A stretch of 59,174 bases of DNA, filler included, from Porpidia crustulata (lineage: Eukaryota): the NCBI GenBank assembly GCA_964255105.1. It is 4 parts of 4 records of this genome, joined end to end, with 100 filler letters (N's around TTAATTAATTAA, not from the genome) between each part and the next. Parts side by side here need not be neighbours in the genome. Positions count along the whole stretch, not along the records: positions 1 to 14,734 come from CAXUWE010000360.1; 3 more parts are not named here. One strand, given 5' to 3'. Numbering within the stretch: the stretch's first letter is position 1; every line of letters begins with the position of its first letter. The notes under the pieces are model-generated. The model worked only from the letters and a program-made list of their open reading frames with translations. It was not told the origin of the DNA and searched no databases. The translations under genes were made by a program, and so were the position numbers. This document shows, piece by piece, positions 1 through 11,910 of this stretch.

Positions 1-90
1 GTGTTCAGGGGGTGTTGGGGAAGAGAAGCGAAGAGATTTGGGTAATGAGGGGGTTGAATGTGGATGAGGGAAGAAGTTGCAAGGACTTAC

Positions 91-2027
91 ATAGCGCAGA
101 TACACCATGACGTAGAAGAAAAATTCAGTCTCCTCATAATCGTATCCCATCTCGTCAATTGCCTCTTTGCTGACCAGATCCTTGGTAATCTCTGTCCACA
201 TGGCGTCCTTCCGATCTTTCTGCGCGACAAAGCGTCGCCCCTGATCTCGATTATCGACAACAACCTCTTCCTGTCTGACAAGCTCTCCACTACCGCTGTA
301 TCCACGGCTTTCTTCCTCGGCGATAAACTTGCTGCGCCGGACGCCGTTGTAGCGCTGCCATGTGACTTCTTCCTTCGCGCCTCCGATACCCTCCATTTCC
401 ACACGTTTCGTTCCTGGCGGCACATCAACGATTGCCCAATCTTTTGTGGCACCATTGTAGCCTTCGCCAATATAACTCCTCTCTGTCTCTCTACGGTTGT
501 AGTATTCTGCTTCCTCGGCGATGTCGATTTCGTCACGATAGGCGTGTGAGCGGGGAGCGGGAGGTGGGCTTGGGGATCGACGACGCCGAGGGGAAGGTGC
601 TCGACGGTCGATGATGATGTCTTCGTCGTACTGGCGGCCGTTGCGGGAACCACGGCGACGAATCTCAATTTCTTCGTAGCTGGGCTCGGGGGAAGGCGAA
701 CGGGGCCGTGGTGGTGGAGGCGCAGGTTTGGGAGCACGGGTCTCAAAACCTATAAAGCGGATTAGATTGGGTTTGATGTAAACGGTCACACCAGCTTACC
801 ATGATCAATATGACGGTGGTGGGTGATAATTTCCTGATGTATGGGAGGTGCTCTTATAGGTTCGGGTTCGGGCGGAGGTAAAGGAACGTATTCTGGCGAC
901 GGTGACCTCTCGTTCCGTCTAATGATGATCTCGTCTTTGTGGCGGCCTTTCTCATTGTCATCGTGACGGATGACGATATCATCTTCAAAGTCTCTCTCTC
1001 GTCGCTTTGGGAGTTCTCGTTCCCGTTCGTCTCTACGGATGATGACTTCGTCATCCCGATAATCTCGTGGGCTCCCTCGTTGACTCTTTCGCTCTTCGTT
1101 CCTCCGAATTATGATGTCCTCTTCTTGGAAACCACCTCTTGATCTGGCTCGTGGTCGCTCTCGTTCGTCCCGGCTTATGCTAATTGATTCCCTCTCATAG
1201 CTTCGCGCGCGAGGTCTCAGTCGACCTGCCTCATCTTTGCGAATAATGATTTCCTCCTTCTCGTAGCCTCTGTCCCGTTCAATTGGTGGTTCTCTTGCTC
1301 CCCTTCGGATAACGATTTGGTCTTCTTCAACATCCTTCTTCCTTGGCCTCTCCCTCTCATCTCTGCGAATGATAATATCCTCCTCTTCATAATCCTTCTT
1401 CCTTGGTCTTTCCCTCTCCCTCTCATCTCTACGAATGATTATCTCCTCCTCTTCGTAGTCCTTCTTCCTTGGTCGCTCCCTCTCCCTCTCCCTGATCGAG
1501 ATCTCTTCCCTTTCGTAGCTCGACTCCCTTTGTTTGGGACGAAACACAAATTCTTCGTGCTCTCTTCGTATTTGCTGAGGGGGTAATGGTGCTGGAACCC
1601 TCTCTCGTTCACGTTCCCGATAAACAATCTCTTCCCTCACTTCCTCTCTGGGAGCAGGCCTCTCTCTCTCCTTGTGCCGGTATGAAATTTCCTCCTTTTC
1701 GACAACTTCCCGATCTCTCGGTCTTTCCCTCGGACCTCTAGCAATGATAACCTCATCCGTCTCAACGTCTCTCCCTCGAGGGCGTTCACGGGGTCGGTCT
1801 CTCGATCGGTATTCGATGCTCTCACGCTTATCCTCGCGTACGACCAGAGGACCTGCGGAGCTGCGGCCATAGTCTTCTCGTAGGAAATCTGGCTCACGTC
1901 GGCGTTCTCGAATGTCAACCTCATCAGTTTCTTCATATTTGGGGCGACCACCTCGACCACTTTGCGGGTAATAATCTCGGTCTCGCTCTTCGTAAATCTC
2001 GCTGGAGGGGTAACCCCGCCTCGACAT
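91..2027 (-). CDS. Arg/Glu-rich low-complexity protein with C-terminal DUF8035-like domain (3' end runs off the window)
   Basis: ATG at 2027 (MSRRGYPSS). GT-AG intron 799-750. Exon 2 (749-91, a frame not in the ORF track) reads ...GATKDWAIVDVPPGTKRV...VTWQRYNGVRRSKF...MWTEITKDLVSKEAIDEMGYDYEETEFFFYVMVYLRY, a conserved fungal motif. The next GTAAGT donor is at 90. Confidence 0.8.
1305..1495 (-). repeat. Coding tandem repeat, about 3 copies of RER(ER)PRKKDYEEE(E/D)IIIRRDE (54-60 bp unit)
   Basis: Visible in the translation of ORF 786..2057 and in the DNA (recurring tccttcttccttgg). Confidence 0.8.
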
Positions 2028-3934
2028 TTCTGCGTTAGAATCGAGTCGCGCAACCACAGCGGGATTTGAGCGATGGCCAGATCCAAAATGGGTAATTTGA
2101 AGTGGTATGGGTAGAAAGAAGTGAGCTCATGCGCGGCATGTAACGTCAGACCGGGAAGAGGCAGTCGGGTTGACCCGGTGGTAGAACTCTGACGTCCAGG
2201 GTGTCCGCGTTGCGGCTTAGAGTTACGTCGAAAGGATCGAGTCTTACTTAGGGAAAGGGCTGAGTTTGTCTCAAGTGTTTGAGTGTCTTATAATTGAGTT
2301 GGCTTCTCAGTAAAATTCTGCCTTTGCTGCAACATGCAGATCAATCACGTCAGAGAAGTTCAGACTTCGCCTCAGTTTACAAGTGTCGTTCATGTGATTG
2401 GCTTCTTGGTCACTCTGCCAAGTTAGGCGATGAAATGTGGTCACACATTGCCTATTTATACAAGTAATATGGGTGGGCATCAAAGGAGTGTAGGCGTCGA
2501 GACGTGTTCAGGTCAATGGCAATATCGTTATATACGGAATTCAAGCATAAATATTGAGATAAATTTACTTGCTCACTCATGCTATTTTGAGTTGACATGA
2601 ATTATTAAGTGATACGGAATTCATTCTTGATCGAGTGTCAAGAGGTTCTGGAAAGGGTTAATTCGAGTACGCTCAAAGATTTGGCAGTAGGTAATATAGA
2701 CCTGATTAGGATGGGTGGATTCCGTTTCTATCAGGCGGCCTCTTCGAGGTAAATATCATACTACAAGTCAAATCACAGCCAGGGAATCACGTCAGACAGC
2801 CAGTCAGGTTCGTGGTCCATCAGGGCTCTCAGGATGTTTCCAGTTGTTCCGATAGTCATACGTTGCGGTGGCGGGATGCACCTTACATTACCATCACGGA
2901 TCGAATTTCTAAGGATCTAGGATTCCATTAGTATATAGCAGACGCTTACCTATGATCAAGGTTATGATAACCGTGTGGAGCTGGGTATATTGCAGTACCA
3001 ATCTTCCAAGGACCCGATAGTGGTGGCCGTCGTCACTTCGAAGGACTGATAAACCAGGGCAAGCCAGGTGCCAATCAATTCGCAGGACTCCATTGGCGTG
3101 TTGAAATATCATCGAAGCATAATATTGTCAGACGAATGGCATTCAAAGACATAGATAAGAATTCAAACGGAAAACGCTTAGACACATATACTCCCATATT
3201 GGGGTTCCCATGTTCATCAATATGGCATCTATTACCTGGGACGCCAATGCTATGCATATCCAATCCGTCCGCCCAGGCAGCAGCACTGAACAAGAAATTA
3301 CATACTTGCGTACCCGAAAGCAGGCCACTTGTCCAACGTTCAGTACTAGCAATCCTTCCTATTGAGACATTTCGCCTAACCTTATTGGTGATAAGCTGGC
3401 CAGAATGATGATTGCTCAAACATAGGAAAAAAGGCTCGTAGATCAGTTCAAAAGCACACCATAGTGTTGGCTTACGGATCCTTCGTGGGAAAAACTGCTG
3501 AAGCCAGCGAGACTTAGGTCCGGACACGTGATACGGCCAGACACGCAGCAGTGCTGCTTGGCAATCCAAGGAATAAACGTACAGGTAGTCTTCCCAATCC
3601 AGGTCGGCTAAAAAGGTGTCGTGGCTGCGAGTGATCGTTTCATTAACCCGGTCTCCATGAAGTCAATCCATGGTCCATTCATAAGTGTATGCAAAAATCG
3701 CTTGATCTATACTTGTCCAGATTTATATCAAACATCTCTGAGCGGCCTGGGAATCATGGTTTCATTCATTCAAAATCTCTGTAGAATGACAAGGGACCTC
3801 TTTCGCGGTAAACAAAGCATGGCTGCTTCTCAAGTCGGCCGGAAAATCCCCGGTTTCCATAGGGAAAAATACATGGTCAAAAGTCTCGAATAGAAGTCAC
3901 GTTCCATTCCGGTTGCCAGACAGGCCAAAGGGTA

Positions 3935-5153
3935 TCATCTTCGTCGACGTTCATCTCTCACAGGTTCACGTACATATCTATCTGGTTGTGGCGGAGGATC
4001 ATATCCGGTGGGCGTTCCTCTGGACGGAGCGGCGAATCCACCTCGTCCAGCAGGTACTGATTGGCCATAGCTATCATACCTTTCATCAACAACAGGGCCT
4101 CGCATTGGGACATCTTGCGGTGAGGTCACATATGGATAACCGGGGGCCGACCTCGGCTCTCTGGCTTGCGGCCCAGTTGGATACGCACCTGTTTGCCGGT
4201 ACGGATAACCTTGAGATGGAAAATCTCCTGGTTGATCGGTGTATGTGTAATTCATGTCATTAGGATTTCCCAACCTTCCAGCAGTGGCTTGGTATCCTGT
4301 AGTCGCATACCCTGATGCCGCTGGGTAACCAGTACTTTGTTGGGGATAACCAGCCTGTGCCGGGTAGCCAGAACCTGAAGGATAGGTCGATCCCTGGGGA
4401 GGGTATCCAGAGGTTGGTGGATAGCCAGGTACCTGAGAGGGAGCGTAGTTGGGTCCTGAAGGATATCCACCAGCGGTGGACGGGTATCCGGCTTGCGGCA
4501 TGGCAGAAGAATAGACTGGCTGCTGCATATAACGAGTCTCTTGAGGGTGAGGGTCACTTGTCAAAACAGCGTCTTGGCGCTGGCTGGTGTATGAGTCCTT
4601 GTATGGTATCTCTGGAGCTTGGTTAGGTATACTTGCCACAGGCGAGGCTCGCGTTGGACTACCTTGATAGCCTCTCGACCTCATCTGTCGGTTTTCAGAC
4701 TTGTAATCTTCTGACAGGTTCTGGAGGTCATCGATCATTTTCTGGAGACATGATCAGATGCCATCGAGCGAGAACAACTGCTGTCTTAGCACCGGACTTA
4801 CTGGAGTGAAGGGGCGCACGGCAGTCACGATAAAGCCAGGGATTCCCTGAGTGGCCGTCAGCAAAATTGACGGCAGCGGCGTTCAAAGTGCAGCATCAGA
4901 CATTGTAAGCTCCAGGCCTGGAGTAAGCTTCTGGCCCCAGGTATTTGCAGATTTCTCGTTGCATGACTTCACGGTGGATTCCCGTTCCATCAACAAAAAA
5001 CTCATTGAGACCTTCACCTCTGCTTGTTCGTTGGGGTTCCTTTTCCCGGAGAGGTTCTCTTCCGGGGTCGCGGTGTTCTCTTCGACGATCTCCTCGGTCT
5101 TGGTCTCGGTCACCTCTACGATCTCGTTCATCACGATCACCACGGGTGGCCAT
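3935..5153 (-). CDS. rfeG: RfeG-like protein (3 exons) with Gly/Tyr/Pro-rich C-terminus
   Basis: Exons 5153-4902, 4846-4802 and 4741-3935 with GT-AG introns. The motif NEFFVDGTGIHREVMQREICKYLGPEAYSRPG...GFIVTAVRPFT.KMIDDL resembles the RfeG core (EYFVP.DGIDREVI.ADICRYLG..ALVRPG) but is divergent. Confidence 0.7.
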
Positions 5154-7239
5154 GACGAATCTAATCCAAATGTAAGTGCCTTGGGATAGTTCGAGTGTGT
5201 AGTAACGTTCAACCAGCACAGGCAGATGAGAAAGCAAGAAAGTCTGTGAGAAAAAACTCGAAAAAAGGTTGGGAAGGCGGCCGGTTATTCAAGATTCCAG
5301 GTCCAAACAGCGCGAGGAAAACTCGAATCCGAGGCAGACGCGGGGTCGTCACAGACAAAGTGGTCCAGGCAGCAGTTATAGATGAGAAACCTTGGTATAC
5401 GACCAGTGATTTGCTGTAACGGTGATGGATTTGCGATCAGGACACGTTTGATTTCTAGCAGGCCTTGGGGTGATGCTGGGGGTGGGAAGATGATGGACGC
5501 TCGGTGAGTTGTACGAGATGAGGCACGATTTTCAGCTGCTCGACGTGGATATCAATGAGAGGTCGGAGGAGGGTGGGGGACGCGGCTCTTTAAGTGGTTG
5601 ACTGCACCGGCGACTGCATCAGGACAAGTGTCACCGCTGCTTTTGATCCTCGACAAAATCGTCGATGCAATGTATTACCAGGTCGGTATCGTAGTAATTT
5701 AAATATACTATTTTGTTTGACTATCAAGTTGACGCTCAACATATACCACATGTTTGAGTCATGCTACCATGTTCATTCATCCTCCTTGCGATAGTATGTA
5801 ATTCCTGGCGAGGATACAGGAGAAACACCATACGGTTCAGTCGGTTATCATCCTACCAGGACGAGAAACGTACTGTTTGCCTCGGGTTGGGCAGCAAGAG
5901 TGGGCATGAGGCTAAGCAGGCAAGCTTAAGGCAGCAGTCCAAGATCGGCAAGCGCTGCAGGCATCAACGGGCAGCTCTGATCCTATCGTTCGTCTTACTT
6001 TCTCCCTGGAGGAAGAAATTAACAATTCAGTAATCAAAGAGAAGCAGAATTATCTGATACTTCTATCCGCACGAGCCGAAATCAGTATCCCCTCAAAAGC
6101 CTACTCATCGTAGTACTTGGATAACTTTTGCCAAGTAGTTGAGTGGTTTCCAGTAGAAATTACCACCAGACGGGAATTTTAATGCTTTAACACCCAGTCG
6201 TGCCAGTGACTTTGCATGCGTCTAACATGTCAGTGGATATATGTATGGAAACTAAGGTGTTTCGGCATCCCAATAACAACTATTCTTCAAAAGTCGAATC
6301 GTCCTGCAGGAACCGCCCTAGGTGCCTAGCATCCATTCACCCCAGCATGCTACGGATCCAAAATCGAAACGATCTAGATCGTCCAGTCGATGCATGGCCA
6401 GCATCTCATGATGGAGGTTCTGTACTATTGATCCACGGATGACCTTCATCGCTACCTACTCGACTCCCTTTCAATCGTTACTGGAATGGCCCGTATAGCA
6501 GAGTTGGACGCCCGAAGACGGTGTAGATTCGCTTGCCTTGAGACTCGCATACCACTTTTCTGTGCCCGTTGCATAGACATTCAATTACGAGACGTCACGC
6601 TAATCATACGAGAATTCCTTCAATTGCTGCATGTCGATCCGCGAATCTTTGAAAGTGATCTGGTATCGAGACTGTCTCCCGCTCCGTCAGCGGATGTTGT
6701 CGGTGCATGGGGGTTTTCACAACAAGTGTGTCGTTGAATTAATATGTGAAGAGTAAAAGGCCAAGGTTCCAGCACTCCTCGATCAAGTCGAGCTAATTGG
6801 TGATTTACCATGAAGAGCGGGTGGAGTAAGGTAGTCCAATGGGCCAAAGGCTCAGGACCCTGGGCCGCAATTGCTGCAATTGCTCGCCCAAGCTGTCACA
6901 TCCGGGCTCTGTTTCATCGCCACTACGGTCAGCACAACTGGTGCTGCGGATGGCACAGCCGTTCTTTGGTTCCACATGGAATAGCCCTATCCCTTCACTA
7001 TACTTATCGTGATCCCGCGGATTGCCTCATTGTAAATAACCAATGCAGTCGATTTCTCTATGCCGAGTTTCGCGCCAGAGAGGTGCGTTGTCACAGTCGG
7101 CTTGCTTTTCACCCCGAAGATAAGGCTGAGAGACGAGGATAATATTTCCTAAATGGCACAACCTGTTTGCGCGCAATGGACGTTCATAAGTCACTGTAGC
7201 CTTACGACACACCGAAGTGACGGTCGTGGCAACATCCTG

Positions 7240-9307
7240 TCATCCGAAGGCGAGTCGCTTCTGTCCTCTTTCAATTTTGCTTTGGATCGAAGCTGTGCTT
7301 GGTTTTCCACCCTTGGATTTCACAGGCCAGGGGGATGAAACAGTGGTGGGGCCTTTACGGACATCATACTGTGAGTCGTTCTGGCTACCCTGTCTCTGTA
7401 GATCCTTGGCGAAATGCCAGTCCTCGTGCTCCTCCTTGTTCGCTATTGCAATAGGTGTACTGCAGCGGGTGCAAATGTAAGATGTCATGGAAGATTGGCA
7501 TAATGAGGGTGCGGCCCCTACAGAACTTTGAAGTTCATGCTCTTTATCTCGTTGCTCTGATTCTTCCAATGTATTATCAGATACGTCATTCCGATCACCA
7601 TTCTCTTCCATCCCGTCACGGCGCGCAAGCTCTTCTTTATCGAACTCTTCCAAACTGCTCTCGCTTCTTGGGAAGAATCTCCGAATGATTCCGTGCTCAA
7701 CTTTTCGGCGTTTGTCAGATTGACCAGCAGATTCTGGTAGCATCTGCGGATCGAAATCCCGTACGGTGGCTTTCATTGCTTTGGCTTCCTCTCCCCGAAC
7801 CAAGAAGCCATCAATCCCTTGGTTACCTTTCGGACCATCCTCAAAACCGCCTACGCTTAGCTGGATGTTTGCACATGGCCATGCTCTACCATCTACTATC
7901 ACTTGGCCCAGTAAAGTCTTGGCAAGATCAAACAGCAGATATTCGTCGATGGGCCTGCCTGTCGGAATTGGGGCTTGGCGTGACCGCATTTGTCCTGCTT
8001 GTCTATGGTGTAAGTTGATGGTTCTAGGTCTCCGCTTGTTCTCGAGCACTCCCTCCTCGACCAATCGAGAGAAGATATCGGCCGCAAAGATTCTTAGCCA
8101 TCTCACTGCCTGTTCGAAGGTATTTATACTTGGACGGAATGATTTGGCTGATAGCATAGACTTGATTTGTGTCCGAGAGTTCACCTCGCTGTAATCCTCG
8201 CCTCGAATGATTTGATAGACCCATGTGCCAGTGTCATCACCAATTTTAGATTTCAGCTGCTCGATTGGCACTTTCATAAGTTCTTGGACTTGGACCGTAG
8301 CAAACTTGGAGACCACTTCTTCCCCTAACTTACCCCCTAGATTCCGAATCTTTGTGAATTCAAACGTTCCAAGAAAGTGCTGCACTGCTCGATTCCTTAC
8401 AACAGTTTGCTGGTTGGGCTTTTTATGGGCGGATCCTAACTTGGCGATCATTTTATTACGCGCAATGCCAGCAGAGCAAGTGTATTTTAAACGTTCTTTG
8501 ATGGCAGCACGGACCAACCTAACAATTTCGGATCCTGCACACATGGCGATATCATCCCAGTCGGGATCGTCATCCTCCGTCTGGGTAGTGTCAAGATCTA
8601 CCAATCCATCGGCCTTCCAGTCAAGGGCTGTGGTAGGAGGCAGCGGTAAAAACTCCGTGGGATCGTCATACGGGGCAGGACCGCTAATTTCAGGATATCT
8701 CTCGATAAGTATAGAATGTATTTGCGCTGAGAGATCCAAGAAAAACTCGTCAACACTAGCTTTCTCTACTCGCTGTACTGGTGGCAAAGGCAATACATCT
8801 TTGACGCATGCCAAAATTCTTCTTGACTCTAGTCGATATGGATCTAGCGAGACTTTGTGCGTCGCAATGTTTGCAAAGGCATCCGGATGATACGCCCATT
8901 TCTCGTCGCCTTCTTTCCACGTAGCCACGTGTTGCATAATCAACTCCGGGCACAACTTCTTTGCTTCTGAGATATTTACATGCCTGTTCATGCCGAATTT
9001 CCTTGCTGGATAATTGATTGCAATAAGACCTTGCCATTGCTATAATTTGTCAGCCTTGCTTTTGTCAGCCACTAAAGGCTTCACGTACCTGGACCGCAAG
9101 CGGCTGGTCTTCCGCTATGCCCAGTCGCACGCCCTCGACCTGGGCGTAGAATGCGTCGAGGTCGATGTGAGCTATGATTCGAAGTGGGCATGATGTCGAT
9201 GAGAAGCCAAGCTGAGAAAGGTGCTTGTAGGTGAATCGGGACTTACGTCTGTGACCCGCAGCGAGGGAGATTGGCGAAGAGGGGAGGAACGGCTGGGAGG
9301 AAGACAT
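7240..9307 (-). CDS. RAD30: DNA polymerase eta (Y-family translesion polymerase)
   Basis: IIAHIDLDAFYAQVE, QWQGLIAINYPARKFG and EKASVDEFFLD catalytic motifs. C-terminal UBZ (CTRC...EHEDWHFAKDLQ) and PIP-like QKRLAF. Intron 9088-9040. Confidence 0.95.
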
Positions 9308-9617
9308 GACACAAATACGTGGGAGAGATCCAGGAGCGCAGAAGAGATCTCGCCTCCTGTATTCCCACCACCTACCATATAACCACACCCGATGTAATCA
9401 TCATGGTTGGTAGAGGCATGATTGAACACTACAGATAATTAATAGCAAGTTATGGTCACAAGGTCTAACGCGACGAATCTACCGAGCGCGATGCTATCTT
9501 ATCTTAGCGTGAAGTGGAGCCATCATCGATTGTTTTCAGATTTATATAGATGTGAAATAGCAATTCGAGTTTTCGGTGAGTTTCCCATAACTTCCATTGC
9601 GACAAGCCTTTGCTATC

Positions 9618-10010
9618 ATGTTGCTCCTTCGAAACCCATTGGTATTACTCGGCGCCAATCTATCTGCAATAGCAGGGTCTACATTATACTTACGGTCACA
9701 TCACGTCTACAATCTCGAAGAGCACGAGGCTCGAATGGATGAGCTTGAAGGTATGTGTATTGCTAGAGCCACAGACGCAATCTAAAACAGTGGTGTCCAA
9801 CGCTCTTTCAGTACCTGTGCTCGTCTTTCAGTTGACGTATGTTTTTCTTGGTCTGGCACTAATATGTAGCTTCGCACAGGCACTTTGCGAGGGCACATCG
9901 GTCTAATAGAGGAAGCTCTAGATCGTCTTGAAGGAACAGCGACGGAGGCTGATAGAGGAAAGAAAATGTTCGAATGCTGGCGTTTCCGTCCTCTATCATC
10001 GTGGGACTAA
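9618..10010 (+). CDS. Small hypothetical protein (~87 aa), hydrophobic N-terminus plus predicted coiled coil; 3' end uncertain
   Basis: ATG 9618, strong GTATGT donor at 9751, branch-like ACTAAT, acceptor CAG at 9879. The spliced frame reads MLLLRNPLVLLGANLSAIAGSTLYLRSHHVYNLEEHEARMDELEGTLRGHIGLIEEALDRLEG... Confidence 0.55.
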
Positions 10011-10350
10011 CTTTAACGAAGGAACGAATATTATGGAAAGCGTGGGAGAGACGAGAAGCAGAAGAAATAGGCAGTCGAGGTTATCCAACAATCTTGTATT
10101 TGGAAGCAATAAGGTCAATAGAAGGGTTGAGAGTTGAGAAAAGCATGCGATGTTGAATGGTAAATAATATAGTGGCGACTCGGCTTTACCAATATAAACG
10201 CCGGGCTCAGATACCGGGTGCCGAGGTCCAGACCATGACGGTTGGTGTTTTATGCTGAAGTGCGGAGTCCGAGTGCGCTTCAATGCCTATATAGAATACT
10301 ATTCTCATGTTTCGGCCAGCTTCACTACCGCCGTAGTCCTATATCATACC

Positions 10351-11516
10351 ATGGTTCACAACGATATAGTTCTGTTTCATTATTCTTTTTCGCCCTTTGC
10401 GAAGAGAGTACGTCAATCGATACCAAATAAGGGACTTGTGAGCTGACTTGCATTCTCTTAGATAGTATGGTATCTTACCTTGCGAGGTATCGAGTATGGG
10501 CAATGTGTAAGTCAGGCACGCTTGGATGCGTCAAGAAGCAGCCTAACGGGCAACTTTCAGCCTCAACCACCTACCCTTCCACGTCAGGACCTCGACGCTT
10601 TAGGAATCAAGTACCGCAGGATCCCTATCATGTCCATCGGTCGTGATGTTTACTGCGACAGCCGCCTGATATTTCAAAAGCTAGAACAAATGTTCCCTGA
10701 AGGCGCTCTTGGTGCTTCGCAGCCTGATCAGAAAGCAATCCAACAATTGCTGGAGAAGTGGACCGTCGATGGTGGTGTCTTCACGAGAGCGGCTCAGCTG
10801 ATACCTCTGGAAACACCACTACTAAATGATCCGAAATTTACCAAGGACCGCGAAGAGTATACTGGGAGAAGCTGGGATAAATCGAATGTCGCAAGATTGA
10901 GACCAGAGGCATTGGCTCAGATGAGAGATAATTTCGACTTTTTGGAAACAGGGCTTTTAGCTGACGGCAGAGATTGGATTCTGAAAACCGAGAAACCTTC
11001 CTTGGCGGACATCGAAGGTGAATAACCCCGACCTTGATTTCTGAGAAACATTGATTGGAACAACTCTGTCATTCAGCTATTTGGCCCTTTCATTGGCTTG
11101 TCGACCTCAAAGGTGCACTTCCATCTTCACTCATATCGGAAAGCCAGTTTCCCAAGTTCTTTGCATATCTTGACCGCTTCAGAAAGGCCATCTCCGCTGC
11201 CAAATCCTCTGCGCCAAAACCTGTAACACTCAAGGGAGCTGACGCTCTCAAATTTATAACGCAAGCAGCTTATGCTGAACCAGAAGGTCAAGTAGACGAT
11301 AGGGATCCTACAGCTTTGAAGAAAGGCCAGGATGTTGAGGTATGGCCTACTGATACGGGCTTCCGACACCGTGATCGAGGCCGATTGGTCGCCTTGACAA
11401 TGAAAGAATCGGTCATAACCACCCAGACCAATGTTGGAGGGAAAGAGCTTCGGATGCATCATCCACGAATCAATTTCAGGATTCACACTGCTGGTGAAGA
11501 GGGCTCGAAATTATAG
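10351..11516 (+). CDS. Glutathione S-transferase-like protein (4 exons)
   Basis: IVLFHYSFSPFAKR|IVWYLTLRGI, PPTLPRQDL..LGIKYRRIPIMSIGRDVYCDSRLI and KPSLADI are GST N- and C-domain motifs. GT-AG introns join the ORF pieces. Confidence 0.85.
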
Positions 11517-11910
11517 GTGGCATGTGGATATTAGAGACGAGTAAATAACCATCTAGGTGATCAGAATAACACTTTTTTCCGACAAGATCATGTGCGGTAA
11601 ACGCCATTTAATGCTAGGTTTTCGTCCACTGTGCATTATACATAGTGTAGAGATGGCTAGCTCAATTTCTCTACTGTAAGACTTCATTTCCAGGAGTCCC
11701 AAAGGTTGTCAGAAAAGGAGCAGCAGATTTCCTTTCATTCCTATCGAGTGGGACGTGATCAATTGTTAGGAGGTCGAATGTTAGGGACATAAAATATGCC
11801 CTGCCACCCGACCTACCTGCACCTTCCTCTAGCGCCAAGTCACGTGCAGATATGTACTGTATCGAAATCGAAGCAGAGGTGAATAATACACACACAATGC
11901 ATCGCAAAAT

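Noticed and set aside
58..746. ORFs 58..549 (+) and 87..746 (-)
   Set aside because: Antisense and wrong-frame shadows of exon 2 of the DUF8035-like gene.
3075..3569. 164-aa minus-strand ORF in the intergenic region
   Set aside because: Non-ATG start, no recognisable motif and no supporting splice structure.
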